From: Eledone cirrhosa
Lineage: Eukaryota
Direction of reading: 5' to 3'
Assembly (NCBI GenBank): GCA_964016885.1
Contig: OZ024740.1
Coordinates: forward strand, 304,730,001-304,794,000
DNA length: 64,000 nucleotides
Of this stretch, positions 10,914 through 22,600 are shown in pieces. A program made the position numbers and the translations under genes. The stretch's first letter is position 1; each line of letters starts with the position of its first letter. Under the pieces are notes generated by a model. It had not been told where the DNA came from. It searched no databases and saw nothing but the letters and a program-made list of their open reading frames with translations.

Positions 10914-13900
10914 GGCATTTTGTGGAAGGAAGGTGTAGCTGAACCTGCCAGTAGAAGAAAGAGGGAGAGGGAGTGGAGGAAACCCAGTCGTGCGTTGATA
11001 GTGCCAACTACAGCAGGGCAGGAGGTCAAACAAGTATACTAGGGAGGGGGAGGGGGAGGAAGTCGAAACAATAAGTAAATCAATATGGAGTAAATATATA
11101 GAAGAATAATAAGAATGTTAAAAATATAAAAAAACAATTTCTGGTTACTATTCCCCTACCACAATCATCAAGTCTCTCACTGGTACTGCTAAACTATAGA
11201 AAAGTTTAATAACATGGGACGGAATACTAAGTATGAGATTATAGTGAAAGAATTTTATGAGTTAGTAGTAATCGTCCAAATCTATCTTACAGTGACAGGT
11301 CAACGAGTAGGTGGCCAAAATACTAAAGAAACTACTACGAAATAATAATTCAGAGTCCCGAAACTAATACGAAATAATAATTCAGAAACCCGAAAATGAA
11401 TACTAATACTATATATAAGAGTACCGCTACGATACATAAATTCTAATACTAACTACATAAATGCTCTTACGATATATATGAAAAATTTAATCCGAAAAAT
11501 TAATTCAGAACCCCCACCCCCCACCCACCCCAAAAAATACAAAAAATATATAAATACTGATATACGAGAGACTAAAGCAGAGATACCACTAAGAAATCTA
11601 GAAAACACGGAAATGGGGCAGCAACGGATAACAAAGCAAGTATCTGGGGTCGATCACATCTGCTATAAAAAGCAGAGTCGGACAATTCTCTCATAGAATA
11701 GGGGATGGGGGTGGGGGTACTGAGGCTACCAAGGACCGAAGGGCTGCATTGCCTCGGTGTGGGCCAGAAAGTGAAAAGGACGACGACAAAGAAGGAGAAC
11801 TGGGGTGGAAGGATTATAAAGGGTTGGGGGGAAGAAGGAAATATAGAGGAAACGATAAAAAAATATATAAGAAAATCTTACGTCTACCTTTGCAAGCAGA
11901 GGTTACCCATTACAAAGTCAGCAAGTGGGGTGTTACAGCCCTTGTCTACCCCCCCCCCCCCCGGGTCATTATGGGGTTTGAGGGCGAGGTAAGTCCTACG
12001 CAATCTGTGTTTGCATGCAGTTACCATTTCGTCTTTCTTGTTTAGGAGTTGGTCCGTCGAAAACAGCATTTGTAATCTTTCCTCCGAGCATAAATTCCAC
12101 GGACGGCGTCCTCCCATGTAAGAGTTGGCTCTGGACAGTAAACTCCAAGTGAGATCATAGGTTATATTGTTATCTTTGAGGTCCCAGATGTGGCCCGAAA
12201 GTGTGGTGGCGTGATGCCGGGCCGGGTTTCGGAAAGTATGTCTGTGTTGGTATAGCCGGGTCTTGAAGTCACTACACAGATTGCGTAGGACTTACCTCGC
12301 CCTCAAACCCCATAATGACCCGGGGGGGGGGGGTAGACAAGGGCTGTAACACCCCACTTGCTGACTTTGTAATGGGTAACCCCTGCTTGCAAAGGTAGAC
12401 GTAAGATTTTCTTATATATTTTTTTATCGTTTCCTCTATATTTCCTTCTTCCCCCCATCCCTTTATAATCCTTCCACCCCAGTTCTCCTTCTTTGTCGTC
12501 GTCCTTTTCACTTTCTGGCCCACACCGAGGCAATGCAGCCCTTCGGTCCTTGGTAGCCTCAGTACCCCCACCCCCATCCCCTATTCTATGAGAGAATTGT
12601 CCGACTCTGCTTTTTATAGCAGATGTGATCGACCCCAGATACTTGCTTTGTTATCCGTTGCTGCCCCATTTCCATGTTTTCTAGATTTCTTAGTGGTATC
12701 TCTGCTTTAGTCTCTCGTATATCAGTATTTATATATTTTTTGTATTTTTTGGGGTGGGTGGGGGGTGGGGGTTCTGAATTCATTTTTCGGATTAAATTTT
12801 TCATATATATCGTAAGAGCATTTATGTAGTTAGTATTAGAATTTATGCTAGCATGGAAAATAGACATTAAACGAAGATGATGATGATAATGATGATGATC
12901 ATATATATATATATATTTATATCCATGCCACCACCCACTTTACTGGGTAGATTTCATGGTGCTACTAGTATTAGAAAAATTGTCTGCAGCATGACTAAAG
13001 TCTTCTCTCTTCTCTGTAACATTCTTTGTTCAGAGTTATTACTCTTCTAGACAAATCCTTGTCTTCTCTGTCTGCCTATTTATTTTTTCTCATGGATTTT
13101 ACAGCCAAGTGCTCTCCCTCTACCCACATTATAGTGTCTGAAAAAAAATATGGGATGTTCAAAGAATCATAGGTTGGTAAGATTAGGTCTGATTTGGGTC
13201 TAAACAACAATATGTAAGCTATTTGATAATGTTTATCTAACAAGTTGTTAAGAGGGACATTTAATCTCATTTTGTTACAATTATACACCTGCACTCACTA
13301 CTACACACCACTAATTTTGAAGATAAACCCTCATTGATGGGTTTCATACCCCCCCCCCCCCCCCCTTCCCATCCTGCCCCACCTGAAAAATAAAAATAGA
13401 TTATATGACATGTTCTTGATTTTTCTTTTCAAAATTTGGTATTTTTTTTACAATAATTGATATTTTTACAATACAGTGTACTCCCCCCCAGCATTCGTGG
13501 TCCCGGTTATTCACAGAATTTTCCTTACCACCTAACTAATAATTGTTTAATGGCTTTTTTTGTGGCTGGCAATGTATATATTATTTTTAACGCTAAATTA
13601 TTAATAAAAACTGTATTTGATATTTTTACAATATTTGATACTTTTTCAATATTTGATATTTTTACAACCCATGCTAGCGTGGAAGATATACGTTAAACGT
13701 TGATGATGATGATGATGATTTGATCTAAGCAATAATTCAGCTATAGAATTATCTTTTATATGAAATATTCCTATTTATTTCAAAGTAATGAAAACAATAA
13801 AATTAATAAATTTCCTATTATAGATGTGTATTTTAATCTTAACTAGATTTTATCAGGCTGATATAAAATCAAATTAAATCATCATCATAAACAGCAGCAG

Positions 13901-15272
13901 CACCAGCACCACCACCACCACCATCATCACCATCTTTTTTTTGTCTGTTTTATCATGCCTGCATAGGTTGGATGGGTCCTTCTCAGCACACCATCTCTCC
14001 ACACATCGCGATGATTTGTCATCTCCCCTGTGAGTCTCAGTGATTTGAGGTCAGCTCTCACCACCTCTGCCCAGGTCTTTGTTGGTCTACCTCTACTGTG
14101 GCTTCCTTCCACTGGTATTTCCTGGCACTTATTCATGCAACAATCATCGTCCATGCACATCACATGTCCATACCAACACAGTCTTCTCTCCTTGACATCA
14201 CCTCGGATTCCTCTTAAGCACAGCTTCCCCTTCAGTTCATCCAAGTTTTATTTAAGAAGCACAGTAAATTTGAAATTTGAAAGGTAGTTGCCTCAATGTA
14301 AATGACTATAATAATAATCAATCACCATGAATACTAGTTGAAAAAAACCTCTGGGGTATTTTACCTGATTTTTCAAAAACTATTATTTATTATGATTGAT
14401 TATGAAAGTCATTTGCATTAGGATGACTACATTTTCAAATTAATAATTTTACATTTGGTATTTTCACTTTTTAATTTTCATTTGTTGGCATAAGAGTGAT
14501 TTTATTTTGTTATTATCTTCAGCTCTGGACATTAGCGCTGATCTCGTTGATCTCGGCCGAATACCTGTGACTGTTGTATCAGCTGGAGTTAAGTCCATTT
14601 TAGACATTGGTAAAACTTTAGAATACCTGGTAAGTAGCTATGTGTCTATCCTGAGAGCTATAATGTAGTCACTTAACCATCTAGAAATAGCACTCAAATC
14701 TGTGTCAAATTACACCATCATCGTCGTATTGTAGGCCCTCTTTGGTAAAAAATGACCATAGTTTTGCACCTAAAAAGTTCCCCTCTTAGGTATAAGTCTG
14801 AGTAAGGTGTGTTTGTGGAAGACCAGCAGTTACCCATGCATACTGGTTTCTCCTCTTCGTGTCACTGATGTTGTCCAAGGGAAAGGCAATGGCTTGGCAC
14901 CAGCGAACTCATTTTTACAGCTGAGTAAACCCAAGCAACATGAAATTAAGTATTTTGTTCAAGAACAACACACCACCTGGACTTGGATTCAAACTCACAA
15001 CCTTACAATTGTGAGCTCAATGCACTAACCACTAAGCCACACACCTTCATGAAATGCCATCTTGAAAATAGAAGGACACACTGGATAAGGTAGTCTTAGA
15101 TCGTTTTCATCCATCAGTGATGAATGAAGTCTATGACTTTGACTATAGGACACTTCAACAGAAGACACAGTACTAGAGTCTTAGATATACTATGGCTGAA
15201 TAAATGACAAGTTTGCTACAGATGAAACATCTTTGATTAGATAATAACATGATCATGGACAATTTGGGGACA

Positions 15273-15323
<51 letters not shown>

Positions 15324-16644
15324 CTCCTCCTCCTAGTAGTGACAATTTTGCCTTTTTGTATATTAAGGACTACATTGTCAAATGTGTCCTTTCTTTATTG
15401 AGACTGTAGGCTATAGTTTGAAGTGGATGTGGCTGGTCTTTCTAACAGATTCAGTGACTGCATATATGCTTTCTCTTTAGCTCAGTTACATTCTAGTTAT
15501 TGCAATTAGCCCTTGATCAGCCCAGACTGATCAAAGGTATCCAGGATCACATTATCCAATGTATCCTTTTTTAAGTTTTTAAGACAGCAGGTTATGTTCT
15601 GAATAAGATTTGGCTGCTATTTCTCGTAGAGTCTCCTTTGTTGGTTTATTCATGTTGCAACAAACTAACTCTACAGGCAGATAAGCAATTAATATGTTGT
15701 TTACATTCAAACTATTTTTGTTAAAAGGAAACCCAAGGTGTTTGTGTTGCTTCATTTGGCCCAACCAAAGATTTTCCTGCTTTTTTCACCCCTAAAAGTG
15801 GATTCCAAGCTCCCATGAATGTTAAGAATCCTTATGAAGCAGCTCAGTTAATTGGTAAGTTTATAGTTTTATGATAGTAGTGATGATCTGCTTTCCTCCT
15901 ACCCCCTGCAGCATCCATAATGCTCCTTTCCTGTCCAAACCAAATAAGTATGAAAAGCCAGATATGCACTGTAGCATACAGCCAAACGCAACTCTCTCTC
16001 TTCAAGACTACCTCCATAACACGTCACTTGCTCTCCCAGTACAGGTGCCACAGCAAAAAGTACCCTGTCTACCTGTAAGGTGGTCATGCTGGTGTCGCAA
16101 CAAAAAATCATTCAGTCCACCCTGTAATGTGGTCGTATTTGTGCCATGACAAAAGCACACAGTCTTCCCTGAAGCTGGTAATGCTGGTGCCATAGCAAAA
16201 AAAGCAGCCAGTCCACCCTGTAAGGTCGTTATACTGGTGCCATGACAACAAATATCTCTTCACCTTGTAAGATTGTTGTACAAGTGCCACAGCAAAAAGC
16301 ACCCATTTCACCCTGTAAGGTTGTCATACTGATGCCAAGAAAAAAGCTCCCAGTATATGCTGTAATGTAATTGATGTTAAGAAGGACATCCAGCCATAGT
16401 AGGGATAGTAGAGTGTGACAATATTAGAAAAGGTTGAGCCTGATGCCCACACCTCAAGTGATGGCATTGCTATCTCTCTCTTTCTCTCATTTAGACATAG
16501 GTAAAAGTCCCTTTATCTAATGAAACATTAGATTCTTCAATCCTCAAAACAAGTGAACTTCTTAAACATGTCTATAAACTCTCCTCTTATTGACTAATTG
16601 TTGCTGACACAGACTGTCACTAGTTTCCTTGGATACAATATTTT

Positions 16645-16686
<42 letters not shown>

Positions 16687-19600
16687 AGCAATGAGCAAAC
16701 CATTCTGGGAATCAATGAGGACCCTTCAAGATAGTAACTTTGATCTGAAGGAAGAGTGGTAAAGATCATGGATTGAGTCCAAATTTGTCAACCACATCTA
16801 AACCAGTCAGCTTTGACCTTCCTAGAAAGCAATGGGTGTCCTTTAATCAGATCCACACAACATATGCTGCGACAGCCCATCATCTCTGTCGATGGAAAGT
16901 GAAAGACAGCCCAGCATGTGACTCTGGGGACCTTGACCACCAGACAGTGCTGCATGTTGCCCCCCCCCCCCAATCCGGGCATTTTCTCAGTGGCTTGGAG
17001 GCAATCCATAATACTACAAATTACGCCATAGTCTGATTCACCAATCTTGATCTGCCTCTCTGACTATTGTGCATGTGTCATATGACCAAACAACTTAGTA
17101 TGTGAAATACTTTGTGTTTAAGTTCCAAATACTCTCAGTGCATAGCTCAGATATCAGAGAGTCGCTCCAGGTAGAGTTGCTACTTCTCCAAATTGAGAGA
17201 TCACAGCACTGATACTATGGGCATGTGGTTAGATTGTTGTCTCAGGAAAAAATCACTGGACAGATTTTACAGGCAAAACCAGCTGACAGGAGACCCAGGG
17301 GTAGACACTGAGCAAGATGTTGGATAACATCTATGAGCTTGACTGGTCTCGCTTGGGGATCCAGCCGGATCAGTTGGAAACAGTTGCTTCAGACAGGACC
17401 CACTGGAAGGAGTGTTTGAGGACTCTGCCCCCACGACCCTTTCAGGAATAGGTGGGCAAAGAAGAAGGAGGTGGAGGAGAAGAAGTTGTTCCCAATAGTA
17501 GGGAGCAAATGAAACAATATTTATTCCTAGATATATCCATACTGTTCCCTTCTTTCCCCTTGTGTTTTAACACAAAACTGTTTTTTTTTATCAAGATGCC
17601 CACAAACAGTTGTCTTTAGAGAATGGTATACTGATAGCGGTACCAATACCTGAACATTCAGCTTCATCTGGGCATCAGATTGAAATGGCTATTCAAGAAG
17701 CAATTTCTGAGGCTTTGTAAGTTAATCCCTTTTCTTACCATATTTCTAATGATATACATTCTATTATTCTATTATATGTTCCAGCCAACAGGCTTAGGCC
17801 ATGCTGGGGTACTGCCATTAAATATATTGCCAATGTGTATCAATACATTTTGAAAATTTGAAGAATTTAATGACGTAACTAATCTTTTTATTGGTAAACT
17901 GATGTTTGAAACATTACTTAACAAAAATTTCTTAAATAAAATTGTGATGGAAGGTTCTAATATAAATATGAATATTTTAAAATGAGCAGTTGTGTATCAT
18001 AAAACCAGCATGGTTTCAGGTGGTTTGGTATTTTATAATTGAATTACTCTCGGGGTCCCAAATAATAGTGGGTGAGGGGAAGGGACTTGGGGAATTTTTC
18101 TAGGCTGCCTCCCTTGATTTAAAAAAAAATCAGAATTAGTTTAGTTTCCATATTGAGACCCCCCTTTCTATTTATTTTATAATATATGGGTTTTCTTGTA
18201 ATGTTCTTTTTTCGTCATGTATAATGTTTACAGAAAATTAACACTACACTAGGAATGCTACCATGCTGGAGATAGACTAGCAAAATTTAATAAGTGGAGT
18301 GGGTTGAAAAATTAATAGGGGGATGCAATTATTTGAGACCGGACAGTAATTCACAATACCAGTTTTTTGTTCCTATGTTTTAGGTTTCCAGTGATCAACA
18401 GTACACCACAACACATTACAGTTCATCACAACACATTACTGCATACTATGCCTTTCTATAACACACCACTCTGCAATACACCACACAACTTTACAACACA
18501 CTACCATGCACTACAACACACTACAGTATACCACAACACACTACAGTATACCACAACACACTACATTATACCACAACACACTACAGTATACCACGCCACT
18601 CTACAACACACCACACCACTTTACAACAGACTGCAGTATACAACACGCTACCATATACCACATCACACTACCATACACAACAACGCACTGCAACATACCC
18701 CAACACATTACACTATACCACAACACACTACAGTATACCACAACACACTACCATATACCACAAGACACTACATTATACCACAACACACTACAGTATACCA
18801 CGCCACTCTACAACACACCACACCACTTTACAACAGACTGCAGTATACAATACGCTACCATATACCACATCACACTACCATACACCACAATGCACTGCAA
18901 CATACCACAACACATTACACTATACCACAACACACTACAGTATACCACAACACACTACCATATACCACAAGACACTACATTATACCACAACACACTACAG
19001 TATACCACACCACTCTACAACACACCACACCACTTTACAACAGACTGCAGTATACAACACGCTACCATATACCACATCACACTACCATACACAACAACGC
19101 ACTGCAACATACCACAACACATTACACTATACCACAACACACTACAGTATACCACAACACACTACCATATACCACAAGACACTACATTATACCACAACAC
19201 ACTACAGTATACCACGCCACTCTACAACACACCACACCACTTTACAACAGACTGCAGTATACAACACGCTACCATATACCACATCACACTACCATACACC
19301 ACAATGCACTGCAACATACCACAACACATTACACTATACCACAACACACTACAGTATACCACAACACACTACCATATACCACAAGACACTACATTATACC
19401 ACAACACACTACAGTATACCACACCACTCTACAACACACCACACCACTTTACAACAGACTGCAATATACAACATGCTACCATATACCACATCACACTACC
19501 ATACACCACAATGCACTGCAACATACCACAACACATTACACTATACCACAACACACTACAGTATACCACAACACACTACCATATACCACAAGACACTACA

Positions 19601-22600
19601 TTATACCACAACACACTACAGTATACCACACCACTCTACAACACACCACACCACTTTACAACAGACTGCAATATACAACATGCTACCATACACCACAACA
19701 CACTACAACATACCACAACACATTATACTATACCACAACACACTACAGTATACCACAACACACTACAGTATACCACAACACACTACAGTATACCACAACA
19801 CACTACAGTATACCACAACACACTACAGTATACCACAACACACTACACTATACCACAACACACTACAGTATACCACAACACACTACCCAATACATTAAAT
19901 CATACTACCACATACTGCAACATACAAACATTATATTTCACTATGTTTTGTCTTTTAGGACCCACAACATTCAAGGCCGTGATTTGACCCCTTTTATCTT
20001 ACGCCATGTTCACAAAGCTACTCAAGGAGCATCTCTTGATGCAAGTATCCTTATATAAATTGATAGAAATTTAATCACTGTTCAGAAATGTGATCTTTTT
20101 CTTGTGTATGAGTTGGTCTCAGGTTGTCATTTATCTGATCGAGATCAGAGCTCAGTGACCATTTTCCAGGGCACAACACAAGGAAGTTAACAAACTTGAG
20201 CCCCTCATAAATGTCACTGCAATTTATACAAAATGAACATTCCTTAGATAATTATATTCATTGCTTTTGATTTGGTGCAAGGATAATCTTGGAAGTGATT
20301 GGTGTAGGCAATTGAATAGCATCCGGTATCATTGGTAATTAAGGGGGTGAGTTGGCAGAGTCGTTAGAACGTTGGATTGAATGCTTTGCAGTATTTGTTC
20401 CGCTTCTCTGTCCTCTGAGTTCAAATCCCGCCGAGGTCAATTTTACCTTCCATCCTTTCAAGGTCGATAAAAAAGTGCTAGTCAAGTACTGAGGTTGATT
20501 CTTCTTCTATGCCTCTTTCTCACTTCTCTCTCTCTCATTCTCTATCCTTCTCTGGAAGAAATCTGGCCAGCAGGATGGAGAATGCATTGCCCTGAAGGAT
20601 GGTGAGGGAGATCGCTGGAACAGCCACACCACCTCGCGGGGCTGACACTTGCGGGCAGCCAACTTCGCTAAGACAAGATGAATATATTAATTCATGTTGC
20701 TTTGAATTTTTCCAATGTAGCTGCTGTTTCTAGCAGGGGGCTCAATCACATATAGCCTCTTTTGTTAGATCGAATTGATACATTATATTACATGGTATAA
20801 TTTTTTAAGTACTTTCAGTAAGAATGGAAGCATTTGTAAACTGTGTTATTTTTACAAATTTTCAGAATTTCTTTTTTTTATTACCATTTCCTTGACTATT
20901 CTTTCTGATATTGCTTTGATTTTGAACAATGCATCTGTTGGAAGTAAAATTGCTAAAATTTCTGCAGAGCTTTTGAGGTCAAAAGGTAAATTAAAGTATA
21001 ATGTGAAAAAATCAACAAAAGACCAAAAAGTTGTAAGTTTTATTTTTCAACTTACATTAGAAATGACACCTATATTCAGTTAGGCACTTTAAAGTACAAT
21101 AGCTGACTTTCCATATAGTTATTGTTCTTTCCCTCCTTTCCTTCACATTTATGGCATTTATAGTCCTTTCCTTTACTTTCCTATACAGCCAGATCTACCC
21201 TCCTTTACTCCTTTCCCCATTTTTTTGTTACTTAATTTTGTTTTTATCCTTTTTTAATATTTCCATCATTGTATAACCTTTGTTATATAGTATTTTAACA
21301 AAAATATTGACTTATAAATCTAAAGTTGCTATACAAAAATATTTTCAAAAGGTTTTTAATCAATTTTCACTGACAAAATGGTGTCTTATTTAAATTAATT
21401 TATATATATATATATTATTCAATTTTATTTTAACTAACTGTATATGTCATTCCAGGTGTCCACATATTCATTATGTTTGCTGTTGTCTTTCAACCAGCAT
21501 TTATTACATCAAAATCAGTCATTTACTTCAAAACACTTTACTTGAAACTACCGTAAATCTTCTTCACTATTTCAAGTATTTGTTTCTCCTGCCTCGCACT
21601 CTTCCATAACAGATAGGTTTAGTTTTGTTCTGTAATGGCTGTTGTCGGTACATCCTGGAAGCAAAACAGTAGAATAATGTAAAGTTCTGTGAAACTGATG
21701 CAGTTTTAATTCCCATTCAAAATGATTTCATTCTGCTAATGCTTTTATGAAAGACATGAATATCACAAGCAGCTACAGCTTTAAAATATATTTTCTTTTC
21801 ACCACCTCAAAAAAACCCCAATGTATCTATTTATCCTGTTATTCAACATACATTCCATTCTCATCCTTTGCAGGTTGTTATTGGTGGTATGGTAGTTGAT
21901 ATTTATTCAAAACTGAAGACTGTCTCAGAGGTTTGAAGTTTTTCTTATAACAGTTTTTTGCTTTCCATATAGCTGTTTTTCTTTACTTCCTGCTTTACTA
22001 TTTTTTCTGTCTTTCTTTCTCTCCTATAATACTCTCTCACAATTTGTCTTACTCTCAGGTCTCTAATAATCGTTCCCTCCCCTTATTAATTTTTTAGACC
22101 CCTCCCCCCGCTTATCAAATTTTGCTAATCTACCTCAAGCAAAATTTTATTTTAAGTGGTAAGGAGTGGGGGCGGGGATCGAATAAGCGGAGAGTGGGAA
22201 TCGGTAATTTTTCTAGGTTGTCTGCCTTGATTTTTTTTTTAAAACTAGAATTAGTTGTTTAATTTACATATTGAGACTCATCCTATTTATTTTATAATGT
22301 ATAGGATTTCTAGTAATGTTCTTTTTTTGCCATGTATAATGCTTTTTGTTTTTGAATATCTAAAGAAAATTAATTGTCACAGGAATGTTACCACTTAAAA
22401 TAAAATTTCGGCTTAGTAAAATTTAATAAGAGTGGGGGATTATAAGAAATCTGATTCTCCAATTTTAAGGTTTCCTTCCTATCTAATTTCAAAAGATAGA
22501 AAATCTTATTATAATTCTATTTGTGTTTCGTCCATTTGTAACATATGTTACACTTTACTTACATATAGACACATCTACATGTAAATTCATAAACAGATAC

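Noticed and set aside
10823-11029. N-terminal part of the 338-aa ORF 10013-11029
   Set aside because: Read-through across a (TA)n tract into unrelated DNA; only 10013-10822 is RTE ORF2.
11130-11185. Hammerhead-ribozyme-like string on the minus strand (gacTTGATGAttgtggt...accaGAAAttg) in the Penelope 3' region
   Set aside because: The core has U in place of the conserved C, and I could not form stems I and III. At best degenerate; needs an Infernal/RNAMotif search.
20986-20991. Alternative donor aaag|gtaaat within the linker exon
   Set aside because: It gives phase 1, incompatible with the phase-0 start of the next exon (21874); the donor at 21033 fits.
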